Assembly (NCBI GenBank): GCA_028712255.1 | Contig: JAQTQJ010000001.1 | Coordinates: forward strand, 76,366 to 140,365 | DNA from: Candidatus Omnitrophota bacterium | GTDB lineage: Bacteria; Omnitrophota; Gorgyraeia; Gygaellales; Profunditerraquicolaceae | DNA: 64,000 nt | Reading direction: 5' to 3' | Shown here: positions 51,780-60,176 of the stretch, one piece after another | How the letters are laid out: each line of letters begins with the position of its first letter | Position numbering within the stretch: the stretch's first letter is position 1 | Notes under the pieces: model-generated | Told to the model about the DNA's origin: nothing | What the model saw: only the letters and a program-made list of their open reading frames with translations | Databases searched by the model: none | Program-made: the position numbers and the translations under genes

Positions 51780-53417
51780 ATGCATAAAGCTGTTCAGGAA
51801 GAACTTATTGCCTTAGTTAGCCGCTGCTTGGGCTCCTTAGGCTGGCTTAAGGATAATAAAGAGGCAATCTCTCTTGATTTTCCCACGGATAACCGCTTTG
51901 GTGATTTTACCACCAATATTGCCTTAAAACTAAGTAAAGAATTAAAGAAACCACCCCGCGTAGTTGCTACGCAGTTAATCGAATCTATCCAAAAAGAAAT
52001 AGAAAATACGGATTTAAAAAATTTAATTACCCAGGTAAAAGTGGAAGGAGCAGGGTTTGTAAACTTTTATCTTAAAGAGAATTATTTTTATGAATTACTG
52101 CGCCAGATAACTACTCAGGGTAAGGAGGCTCTTAGGCCGGATTTAGGCCATGGTAAGAAAACTTTGATTGAATTTGTCAGCGCAAATCCTACCGGTTGTT
52201 TATCCGTTGCCCACGCCCGCCAGGCAGCAGTGGGGGATTGTTTGGCTAATGTTTTGTCTTTTATCGGTTTTAATATCAGCCGGGAATATTATCTTAATGA
52301 TGAAGGTAATCAGATCAATATTCTGGGCAAATCCGTGGGCTTGCGGCTTAAAGAATTAAAAGGCGAGGCAATTGAGTTTCCTGAAAACTATTATCAGGGA
52401 GATTACATTAAAGATATCGCACAAATTGCGATTGATCAGAAAATTAAAGATGAAGATCTGGGAGATTTTGCCGCTGAGCATATCTTAAAGATAATTAAAC
52501 AGGAGTTGGCCGATTTTGGGGTTAAATTTGACTGCTGGTATTCACAGAAGGAGCTGGCTAAGAGCGGTAAGGTGCAGCAGGCATTTGACCAATTAAAGAA
52601 AAAAGGATTTTTGTATGAGCAGGACAGCGCGCTCTGGTTTCAATCTACTGCTTTTGGCGATGATAAAGACCGGGTAATTATTAAAAGTGATGGATCCCAG
52701 ACGTATTTGGCTCCGGATATCGCCTATCATGAGGACAAATTTAACCGTGGATTTAGCTGGTTGATTAACCTTTGGGGCCCGGATCATCATGGTTATATCA
52801 ATCGTATCAAGGCCTCCATTGAGGCGTTTGGACATAAGAAGGATGATTTATCCGTAGTTATTGTCCAGTTAGCCACTATTTTTAGAAATGGACAGGAGAT
52901 TCAAATGTCCACGCGGCGTGGACAATATATTACCCTGCGGGAAGTTTTAGATGAAGTAGGGAAAGATGCTGCCAGATTTTTCTTTTTGATGCGCCGAACA
53001 TCCAGCCACTTGGATTTTGATTTAGAGGTAGCCAAAAAACAATCTTCGGAGAATCCTGTATATTATGTCCAATATGCGCATGCCCGAATTTGCAGTATAT
53101 TGCGCAGTAGCACGGTTGAGATTAAGGATGATTTAGATCTAACTGTGCTTAAGGAGAAAGAAGAGCTGACACTTATCAAGAAGTTACTAGAGTTTGAGGC
53201 AACCCTGAATGTTTGTTTAGTTACTTGCGATCCGTATATGCTTACAGTCTACCTTCAGGAACTTTCGGAAACTTTCCATAAATTTTACGATTTACACAGG
53301 GTTCTAGGCCAGGATGATGTATTAACGAGCGCCCGGCTTACCTTAATAAAAGGAGCAAAGATTGTTTTAGCCTGTGGATTAGAGCTGTTAGGTATTGCTC
53401 AACCTGAGAAAATGTAA
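51780..53417 (+). CDS. argS: Arginyl-tRNA synthetase
   Basis: Class I HIGH-like region (SANPTGCLSVAHAR) and a C-terminal DALR anticodon-binding domain. Confidence 0.95.
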   Translation: MHKAVQEELIALVSRCLGSLGWLKDNKEAISLDFPTDNRFGDFTTNIALKLSKELKKPPRVVATQLIESIQKEIENTDLKNLITQVKVEGAGFVNFYLKENYFYELLRQITTQGKEALRPDLGHGKKTLIEFVSANPTGCLSVAHARQAAVGDCLANVLSFIGFNISREYYLNDEGNQINILGKSVGLRLKELKGEAIEFPENYYQGDYIKDIAQIAIDQKIKDEDLGDFAAEHILKIIKQELADFGVKFDCWYSQKELAKSGKVQQAFDQLKKKGFLYEQDSALWFQSTAFGDDKDRVIIKSDGSQTYLAPDIAYHEDKFNRGFSWLINLWGPDHHGYINRIKASIEAFGHKKDDLSVVIVQLATIFRNGQEIQMSTRRGQYITLREVLDEVGKDAARFFFLMRRTSSHLDFDLEVAKKQSSENPVYYVQYAHARICSILRSSTVEIKDDLDLTVLKEKEELTLIKKLLEFEATLNVCLVTCDPYMLTVYLQELSETFHKFYDLHRVLGQDDVLTSARLTLIKGAKIVLACGLELLGIAQPEKM

Positions 53418-55105
53418 TGTCCTCACATAAAATCTTAAAGATTGCCACCCCGCATGTATCTTTGCAAAATCAGCTTTCTAAAGAATTAGGTATATCTAAA
53501 ATATTGGCCCAAATATTAATTAACCGTAAGATAACCAGCGTTACCGCTGCGGAAAAATTCCTAAAATCCTCAATTGGCGATTTATTCAGTCCGCATTTAT
53601 TCTCGGATATGCCTAAGGCAATCAGCCTGGTGAAGAAGGCGCAAGAAAACAAAGAAAAAATAATGGTCTTTGGCGACTATGATGTGGACGGCATAACTAG
53701 CACGGTTTTACTCAAAAGCGCGCTTGAATCAATAGGCCTTGAAGTTTTGCATCATATCCCGCATCGGATTACCGAAGGTTATGGTTTAAATAAAGAAATT
53801 ATTAATTTTGCTAAAGAAAAACAGGTCAAGCTTATGGTTACTGCTGACTGCGGGATTGTTAATCATGAAGAAATTCAAGGCCTAAGGCAGGCAAATATCG
53901 ATGTAATTATTACCGACCACCACGAGCCGCAGGATTCAAGTTTGCCTGCGGCAAGTTGCATTATTAATCCAAAAGTGAAACATTCAGGTTATCCCTATAG
54001 GGATCTGGCCGGAGTGGGAGTGGCTTATAAATTTGCTCAAGCAATTACCGATTCCCTATTAATGGATGATTTAGATTTGGTTACTTTGGGCACAATTGCC
54101 GATAGCGTGCCGCTAACCGGGGAAAATAGGATCATTGCCAAGGAAGGCTTATTGAGGTTGCCGCAAACCAAAAGATTTGGCCTGCGGGCGATTATTGAAA
54201 ACGCAGGAATTGAAAACAAAAAATTTAATTCTACCTATGTAGGTTTTATAATTGCTCCTCGATTGAATGCTCCCGGAAGAATGGCTAATGCCGAGGTATC
54301 CTTAAAACTGTTGATGAGCCAGAGTGCTGTTGAGGCGCAAGGTTTGGCCAAGGAATTAGAAAAATTTAACCGTGAGCGCCAGAAAGTAGAAGGAAAAATT
54401 ATAGAAGAAGCAGAGGAGATAATTAACCATCAGGTTAATTTTAAGGATCATAAGGTAATTGTGATTGCCAAAGAAGATTGGCATCAGGGTGTTTTAGGGA
54501 TTGTGGCTTCAAAGTTAGCGGATAGATTCTATCGTCCTGCGATAGTTATTTCGATTAATGAAAATTTATGCAAGGGCTCAGCGCGTTCAATTCAGAATTT
54601 TCATCTTTTTGATGCGTTGATGGATTCTAAGGAGTTATTAGATAGCTTCGGCGGACATGCCCATGCCGCAGGCTTGCTCATTACTAAAGATAATATTGAT
54701 GAGTTCAGGAAGAGTATCAATAAATTGGCTAGCGACAGGCTGACTTTAGAGGATTTACTTCCCAGCCGGGATGTTGATTTAGAGCTTAATTTTGCGGATT
54801 TAAATGAGGGATTGGTTAGGGAGTTAGAGCGCTTAGAGCCATTTGGTATGGATAATCCTGAGCCTTTATTTTATTCGCGCGCGCTTAAGTTAAAAGGAGA
54901 AGTGCAGCTGCTAAACCGCGGGACTTTAAAGTTTTGGGCAACTGATGGAGTCACTACAAGGCAAGTGATTGCTTTTGGGATGAGTAGTTTAAGAGAAAGC
55001 TTGTTAGCTGCAGCTTCTTTTGACTTAATCTATACGCCAAAAATTGACAGCTGGCGTCAGGAAGAATCACTGATTCTTGAAGCTAAAGATATATTTTTTA
55101 AGTAG
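53417..55105 (+). CDS. recJ: Single-stranded-DNA-specific exonuclease RecJ
   Basis: DHH motifs (MVFGDYDVDGITS, DHH) and a DHHA1 domain. Confidence 0.95.
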   Translation: MSSHKILKIATPHVSLQNQLSKELGISKILAQILINRKITSVTAAEKFLKSSIGDLFSPHLFSDMPKAISLVKKAQENKEKIMVFGDYDVDGITSTVLLKSALESIGLEVLHHIPHRITEGYGLNKEIINFAKEKQVKLMVTADCGIVNHEEIQGLRQANIDVIITDHHEPQDSSLPAASCIINPKVKHSGYPYRDLAGVGVAYKFAQAITDSLLMDDLDLVTLGTIADSVPLTGENRIIAKEGLLRLPQTKRFGLRAIIENAGIENKKFNSTYVGFIIAPRLNAPGRMANAEVSLKLLMSQSAVEAQGLAKELEKFNRERQKVEGKIIEEAEEIINHQVNFKDHKVIVIAKEDWHQGVLGIVASKLADRFYRPAIVISINENLCKGSARSIQNFHLFDALMDSKELLDSFGGHAHAAGLLITKDNIDEFRKSINKLASDRLTLEDLLPSRDVDLELNFADLNEGLVRELERLEPFGMDNPEPLFYSRALKLKGEVQLLNRGTLKFWATDGVTTRQVIAFGMSSLRESLLAAASFDLIYTPKIDSWRQEESLILEAKDIFFK

Positions 55106-55352
55106 TGGGGCGAGGTTTTCTGGGAACCGCTTTTTTGAAATCACCCTTTTTGATGCACTTGGCGCAGATATAGACCTTCTTGGTCGTACCATTAACCACT
55201 ATATGCACAGTTTGCAGATTTACCTTAAATTTACGCTTGGACCAACGGGCAATCTTAGAACCTGTTCCGCCTTTAGCCTTATACTGCCCTTTTCTGGATA
55301 AAACTTTACCGGTAAGTGCCACTTTTTTACAGATTACGCATTCTTTAAGCAT
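55098..55352 (-). CDS. rpmB: 50S ribosomal protein L28
   Basis: MLKECVICKK...NLQTVHIVVNG matches L28. The shorter start at 55352 is preferred over 55385. Confidence 0.85.
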   Translation of the reverse strand: MLKECVICKKVALTGKVLSRKGQYKAKGGTGSKIARWSKRKFKVNLQTVHIVVNGTTKKVYICAKCIKKGDFKKAVPRKPRPTT

Positions 55353-55425
55353 TTTAAAAGCTCCTTTTGTGTACGGACATAACACCGGCGCAATTCCATT
55401 CTGCGCCGGGTGTCTAAGTTAGATA

Positions 55426-55454
55426 AGTATACTTGAAATACCAGTATTGTCAAG
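55426..55454 (-). promoter_or_regulatory. Sigma-70 promoter for rpmB on the minus strand: TTGACA, 17-nt spacer, TATACT
   Basis: Reverse complement of 55449-55454 is TTGACA and of 55426-55431 is TATACT. Confidence 0.6.
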
Positions 55455-55464
55455 ATAGAATATA

Positions 55465-55530
55465 GGTGTCATCCTAAGGCATAATAGGCGCCGTCATTCT
55501 GAGCCCGCCAACGGTTTAGTGGCGGGCAAG
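55465..55530. repeat. Partial and tandem copy E of palindromic element family 2 (GGTGTCATCCTAAGG ... GTCATTCTGAGCCCGCCAACGGTTTAGTGGCGGGC); followed by a 75-nt block of about 65% GC
   Basis: The sequence matches the left halves of copies C and D. Confidence 0.6.
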
Positions 55531-55970
55531 CTGCCTGCCGAGCCACCTCGCCGTGCTCACTTACGTTGCGCGCGGCAAGGGCTCCGTCTCGACAGTCACC
55601 CGCTAATATACATTAAGGTAATTGTTTAATACATTGGTCGCATTTTGGGCACAGGTGAAAAAGTAACATTTTTAACTAGTTGTAAAATAACAGATAAAAG
55701 TCAATTGGGTTAGAACGAGGTGCTTTACAAATTGGAATTCCGTTGACACAATACTTAATTATCCGGAGCGGAGTTAAAATTAAGTCATGTATCCCCGTGA
55801 TTTATTGGGAATTTTAAAATTATACACGGGTTGTCGTGACAGTATTTTAGTTTAAAAGGAGGTAATATGATAAAGGAAGCAAAAGAAATTATCGAATTCC
55901 GGGGACACAATACTTAATTAATTCTTTTGGAATAAACAAGCGATGTGTTCTTAGAATTTCAACTTTAGAA

Positions 55971-55999
55971 TTGACTTTTATATGCTCCAGAGGTATCAT
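55971..55999 (+). promoter_or_regulatory. Sigma-70 promoter: TTGACT, 17-nt spacer, TATCAT; drives the lipoprotein cluster
   Basis: -35 at 55971-55976 and -10 at 55994-55999; AAAGGAGG RBS at 56016-56022. Confidence 0.55.
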
Positions 56000-56026
56000 C
56001 AATTCATATTAATAAAAGGAGGCATC

Positions 56027-56431
56027 ATGAAAAAAATAAGCTTTTTGTTCTTGAGTATTTTATTTTTATCTGGTTGTTCGACAGCAGGTTCCCATTTGAA
56101 TTCAGTTAAATTAGATGCGGGTGATAGAGTAACAGTTGGTAAAGTCCAACGTGAGATTCGCATCGGAATGCCATCTGCTCAAGTTATCGAGGTATTGGGA
56201 TCGCCTAATATTGTATCAACTGATGAAAATAGGTTGGAAGTTTGGGTTTATGATAAAATCGCTACAGATGTTTCTTATTCGAATAGCAATGGTGGTGTTT
56301 GGTTGATACTTGCATCTGTTGGTGGTAATTCAGGAGCAACCTCTACTTCACAAAGAACCCTGACTGTAGTTATAAAATTCGACGCAGATAAAAAAGTTCG
56401 TGATTTTGCTTATCATTCATCAAGTTTCTAG
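56027..56431 (+). CDS. BamE/SmpA-OmlA-like small lipoprotein
   Basis: Lipobox LSGC; the MPSAQVIEVLGSP segment resembles the BamE fold signature. Confidence 0.55.
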   Translation: MKKISFLFLSILFLSGCSTAGSHLNSVKLDAGDRVTVGKVQREIRIGMPSAQVIEVLGSPNIVSTDENRLEVWVYDKIATDVSYSNSNGGVWLILASVGGNSGATSTSQRTLTVVIKFDADKKVRDFAYHSSSF

Positions 56432-56461
56432 AATATAATTTATAGCGAGAAGATTAGAATA

Positions 56462-56989
56462 ATGCCTACTTTTTTGAAACGGATTAGCGCTATTTTCTTA
56501 TGTTTAGGTATAGTTGGTTGTGTAAGTATCCCAACAGGATTTCTAAAACCAAACGAAGGATATTTACAAAAAAGAGAATTGCAGATGCGGCAATATGATA
56601 CAACTGATCAGGAAAAAATTATAACTTCCGTTGCCGGAGTTTTGCAAGATTTGAGTTTTACTTTGGATGCAAGCGAGACGCAGGTTGGCTTTGTAGCAGC
56701 TTCAAAAAAAGCTGACGCAACGAACGCAGGCCAAGTTTTTCTTGTAGCTTTGCTGGGTGGTGCTAATGCTGTTCAACAATGTGATAAATCTCAAGTTATA
56801 AAAGCTTCAGTTATTACTAAATCCACTTCAGATGGTAAAAAGACTGTCGTCCGGGTTACATTCCAGAGAATTGTTTGGAATATGGCTGGTCAAATCAACA
56901 GGGTAGAAACTCTTAGCGATCCGGCAATGTATCAAAAGTTTTATGATAGTTTATCTAAGGCAATATTCTTGGAGGCTCAGAAAATATGA
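56462..56989 (+). CDS. Lipoprotein of unknown function (paralog 1 of a tandem pair)
   Basis: Lipobox IVGC. It shares the blocks YDTTDQEKIITSVAGVLQDLSF and DPAMYQKFYDSLSKAIFLEAQ with the next gene. Confidence 0.6.
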   Translation: MPTFLKRISAIFLCLGIVGCVSIPTGFLKPNEGYLQKRELQMRQYDTTDQEKIITSVAGVLQDLSFTLDASETQVGFVAASKKADATNAGQVFLVALLGGANAVQQCDKSQVIKASVITKSTSDGKKTVVRVTFQRIVWNMAGQINRVETLSDPAMYQKFYDSLSKAIFLEAQKI

Positions 56990-57420
56990 GGAAATTAAAA
57001 AAATATTTCGGTACCCTTTTGATTTTATTTCTAATTATTACCCTGTCTGGATGTGCTACTCCTGCTGTAAATGCTCTTGAAAGTAGCCAAAGCCAGGTAA
57101 AATTAAGAAGTATTCAGACAAGAGCTTTTGATACGACGGATAAGAAGAAAATGATGCAAACAGTAATAAGTACGATGCAAGATTTAGATTTTGTTATTGA
57201 TAAGGCCGATCTTATGCTTGGTTCTGTTACTGGTTCTAAGTTTCTTGGGCAGGCGGTTGTAACTATGAGTGTAACTGTAAGGCCTAGAGGTGAAAAGCAA
57301 CTATTAGTAAGAGCAAATGCTCAATACGGCGTTAACTCTGTAGAAGATCCTGCAACTTATCAAGATTTCTTTACTGCTTTGGAAAAAGCTATATTCTTGA
57401 CTGCACAGCAAGTAGATTAA
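56986..57420 (+). CDS. Lipoprotein of unknown function (paralog 2); ATGA overlap with the previous gene
   Basis: Lipobox LSGC; FDTTDKKKMMQTVISTMQDLDF and DPATYQDFFTALEKAIFLTAQ are paralogous to blocks in 56462-56989. Confidence 0.6.
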   Translation: MRKLKKYFGTLLILFLIITLSGCATPAVNALESSQSQVKLRSIQTRAFDTTDKKKMMQTVISTMQDLDFVIDKADLMLGSVTGSKFLGQAVVTMSVTVRPRGEKQLLVRANAQYGVNSVEDPATYQDFFTALEKAIFLTAQQVD

Positions 57421-57464
57421 GGATTATAGTTAAATAGGAATATATTATTTAATTATAGATCTTA

Positions 57465-57523
57465 GGGCTGGATTTACCGTTCAGCCCTTTTTGTTTACAA
57501 TTATTTAAACGGAGTGGTATAAT
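57465..57523 (+). promoter_or_regulatory. Terminator-promoter module: GGGCTG/CAGCCC hairpin plus T5, then TTTACA, 18-nt spacer, and an extended -10 TGGTATAAT
   Basis: Hairpin 57465-57487, -35 57494-57499, -10 57518-57523. The core is nearly identical to the module at 59845-59886. Confidence 0.6.
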
Positions 57524-57562
57524 TTAAAAAGAGCAATTATTAAAGAAGGTAGGAGGTAAGCG

Positions 57563-57997
57563 ATGAAGAAATTGGCAGTGGTTATTTTTATTTTGGTTTT
57601 AGGTGTAATGGTGACCCCTGTAGTTTGCCAAGCAGAGACTAAAACGGAAGTAACTTATGATCAAGAGAAGGATTGGTATCAAGATTTTTTTGCCAAGCAT
57701 CTGTTAGAGTCCGAGCGGGTAGATGCTAAAGTAAGAATGGTTTCGGACGGATTTTTTGGTATCAGGGATGATGAAAATGGCTCTATTGCGGCTACCTTTA
57801 TTCTTCCTGTTGAAGGCACCTTTAGCGGGCCTCTTGATCATCACGCCCACTCAAAGTTTACAATAAAAAATATAGAGCCGGATGGAGTTACTATACAATA
57901 CGAAAGTAGTTTTAACCACAGGTCCTTCGGCAAAGACTTAATTACCACGGATATTGGGACTGTTAAGATTAAATATAAGGCTGAAAGGGGAAAGTGA
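57563..57997 (+). CDS. Secreted protein of unknown function
   Basis: Signal peptide MKKLAVVIFILVLGVMVTPVVCQA; no recognisable domain. Confidence 0.55.
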   Translation: MKKLAVVIFILVLGVMVTPVVCQAETKTEVTYDQEKDWYQDFFAKHLLESERVDAKVRMVSDGFFGIRDDENGSIAATFILPVEGTFSGPLDHHAHSKFTIKNIEPDGVTIQYESSFNHRSFGKDLITTDIGTVKIKYKAERGK

Positions 57998-58092
57998 TTT
58001 TACTTTATAAAGCTAAGCAATGATTCTATAAATAATGGAAATGTTTCTATTTTTATTATGTGTCACTGGGAATTTATAGTAGGAGGCAGGTT

Positions 58093-58626
58093 GTGAAGAA
58101 ATTAGCTGGGATTATTTATGTTTTGGTTTTTTGTATAATGGTAACTCCTATAGTTTGTCTGGCAGGTATCAATGACGAACTATGTGAAGCGGTAAGAAAC
58201 AAAAATATTCAAAAAGTCAATGAATTGATATCTAAAGGCGCTGATGTGAATGCTAAGGACTCTCATGGTATGACACCATTGATGTACGCTGCCGGGTATT
58301 ATGGCAAAGCTGAAACTATGAAACCTGATGGTTCGCTAGTGATGTTTGCTGTAACTTTTGGTCAATCCGAAACCGTGAAGCTTTTATTAGATAAAGGTGC
58401 AGATGTTAATGTAAGGAATTCTGAAGGTATGACACCATTGATGTACGCTGCTGGGCGTTTTGTCGAAATTGAAACCGTAAAGCTCTTACTAAATAAAGGC
58501 GTAGATGTTAATGTTAAAGCCAATGACGGTAGGACAGTTTTATCAATAGTTGAATCATCAAGCAATATAAAAAGCGATATCAAGAAAGAGATAGTTGAAT
58601 TACTTAGAAAGGCTGGGGCCAGGTAA
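58093..58626 (+). CDS. Secreted ankyrin-repeat protein
   Basis: GTG at 58093 lies 6 nt after AGGAGG. The signal peptide VKKLAGIIYVLVFCIMVTPIVCLA is paralogous to that of the upstream gene. Three ANK repeats follow (GADVNAKDSHGMTPLMYAA ...). Confidence 0.75.
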   Translation: MKKLAGIIYVLVFCIMVTPIVCLAGINDELCEAVRNKNIQKVNELISKGADVNAKDSHGMTPLMYAAGYYGKAETMKPDGSLVMFAVTFGQSETVKLLLDKGADVNVRNSEGMTPLMYAAGRFVEIETVKLLLNKGVDVNVKANDGRTVLSIVESSSNIKSDIKKEIVELLRKAGAR

Positions 58627-58642
58627 TGAACCGGGAGGCAAG

Positions 58643-58915
58643 ATGAGCGTGATTACTTTGATTATGAGCACCTCACTTACTACTATTTTAATTTCTGTGA
58701 TTGGCATAATAGTCGGCCTGTTTGTTTTCTTTAAGCCGGAGCTGATGATCGAGACTCAAAAGAAATTTTATGCTAAAATCAATTGGCGCATTGAGCCTAT
58801 CTCTATGCAAAAGGAAATCCGCAATACTAGGTTAATGGGGATATCCTTGGTTACTGTAGCCACGGTAACAATAATATACTTTTTTATAAGCCTTGCTAAA
58901 TGTAAGTCTTGTTGA
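58643..58915 (+). CDS. Small 2-TM membrane protein
   Basis: ATG after a GGGAGG RBS; two hydrophobic helices. Confidence 0.5.
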   Translation: MSVITLIMSTSLTTILISVIGIIVGLFVFFKPELMIETQKKFYAKINWRIEPISMQKEIRNTRLMGISLVTVATVTIIYFFISLAKCKSC

Positions 58916-58942
58916 AAAATAAGGGGACAGTTCTATTTCTGA

Positions 58943-59137
58943 ATGGCTGAATATATTTGCCCACATTGCAAGAAACCGGTTTATGATGATGAGGCGCTGC
59001 TTTGTCTTTTTTGTGGAGAGAGTCTTAATCGCAATATCGGTTTTATGGGTAAGCTCAGGTACCCTAAGCCGCGAATAATTCTTATAGTTATAATAATAGC
59101 AGTTTTAGTTGGTTTTATAATATTGATGGCTGAGTAG
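58943..59137 (+). CDS. Zinc-ribbon protein with a C-terminal TM anchor
   Basis: CPHC...CLFC followed by the hydrophobic tail IILIVIIIAVLVGFIIL. Confidence 0.5.
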   Translation: MAEYICPHCKKPVYDDEALLCLFCGESLNRNIGFMGKLRYPKPRIILIVIIIAVLVGFIILMAE

Positions 59138-59268
59138 TATTTGGCGGCATTAGAATCAGGTAGCATATCCCCGAAGTTAGGCTCACTGTAGTGTTAGTAA
59201 ATAAATAAGAAAATAATTTGTTAGATTCTGCCTCCTTCTGCGTCTATTGGCTTAGAAAGGAGATTGAT

Positions 59269-59790
59269 ATGCCTAAAACAATTGCTGCAGAAGTTATCGC
59301 TACAAGGATTTTAGAAATAAGAAATAGAAAAGTAATGCTGGATTATGATTTAGCTAAGCTTTATGGGGTTTCGACTAAAGTTTTAAATCAGGCTGTGAAG
59401 AGGAACATAAAGAGGTTCCCGGATGATTTTATGTTTAAGTTGACAGATAAAGAGAAAAAAGAGGTGGTCACAATTTGTGACCACCTGTGATTTCTGAAAT
59501 TTTCTTATCAGTTGCCACATGTATTCACTGAGCAAGGAGTGGCTATGCTCTCTAGTGTTTTAAATAGCGAAAGAGCTATTCAGGTTAATATTTGGATTAT
59601 GCGCGCATTTGTCAAATTGAGAGAAATTCTTCTAACTCATAAAGAACTAGCAGCAAAAATAAATGTACTAGAGAGAAAATATCTCAAACATGATGAAACT
59701 ATAAAAACAATCTTTGAAGCGATTAAGCAACTTTTAGAGCCTCCACTGATACAAGAGAAAAAGATAATTGGGTTTCGAGTTGAAAAATAG
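59269..59790 (+). pseudogene. ORF6N-domain (KilA-N-like DNA-binding) gene interrupted by an in-frame TGA at 59488-59490
   Basis: Both halves are in frame 1. The N-terminal half ([38 protein letters not shown]) and the C-terminal half (VFTEQGVAMLSSVLNSERAIQVNIWIMRAFVKLRE) correspond to contiguous regions of intact ORF6N proteins. Confidence 0.65.
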
Positions 59791-59856
59791 TCTGTCATGA
59801 GTTTGCTTGGCTTTAGCTATCTACATGGGGCTCGACTTAATCATTTGCCCTTTTTG

Positions 59857-59886
59857 TTTACAATACTGTGATTGGGGTGGTATAAT
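59857..59886 (+). promoter_or_regulatory. Second copy of the TTTACA, 18-nt spacer, TGGTATAAT promoter module
   Basis: GCCCTTTTTGTTTACAAT and GTGGTATAATTTA are identical to the 57485-57527 module. Confidence 0.55.
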
Positions 59887-59923
59887 TTATGTATATAGAT
59901 AATGATACCGTGTATATTTTATT

Positions 59924-60160
59924 ATGAATAACAGAATTGAACGAGATCTTGGGGAGCAACCGCTTGCGAAAATTATGGCTGAACATGAGTTTAAGCCTCA
60001 TGATTTGGTGAGTAATTCAACTGAGCAGCTTACGCATAAGATGGTCAGCCGTGCGTGCAAAGGAAGGCGTTTGAATTTAAAGATTCAATATCGGTTGCTT
60101 AATGCTTTGAACAAGGCTGCGGGTAAAGAGTATGCATTAAAGGATATTTTTAATTATTGA
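59924..60160 (+). CDS. Small putative helix-turn-helix DNA-binding protein
   Basis: 78 aa; LTHKMVSRACKGRRLNLKIQYRLLNALNKA resembles an XRE-type HTH. Confidence 0.4.
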   Translation: MNNRIERDLGEQPLAKIMAEHEFKPHDLVSNSTEQLTHKMVSRACKGRRLNLKIQYRLLNALNKAAGKEYALKDIFNY

Positions 60161-60176
60161 AATAGAGGGAACGGTT

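Noticed and set aside
55530-55612. GC-rich 75-nt block inspected as a possible tRNA, tmRNA, SRP RNA or RNase P RNA fragment
   Set aside because: It has no T-loop GTTCGA(A/T)TCC, no CCA-adjacent acceptor pairing, and no P4 or SRP domain IV consensus. It is left as unexplained non-coding sequence.
59218-59268. Upstream start for the ORF6N fragment (track start 59218)
   Set aside because: There is no RBS at 59218. GAAAGGAG plus an ATG at 59269 matches the N-terminus of ORF6N proteins.
59488-59490. In-frame TGA as evidence of an alternative genetic code (code 4 or 25)
   Set aside because: Many well-aligned genes terminate at TGA exactly where homologs end (1704-1706, 14321-14323, 36958-36960, 43675-43677), so TGA is a stop in this genome.
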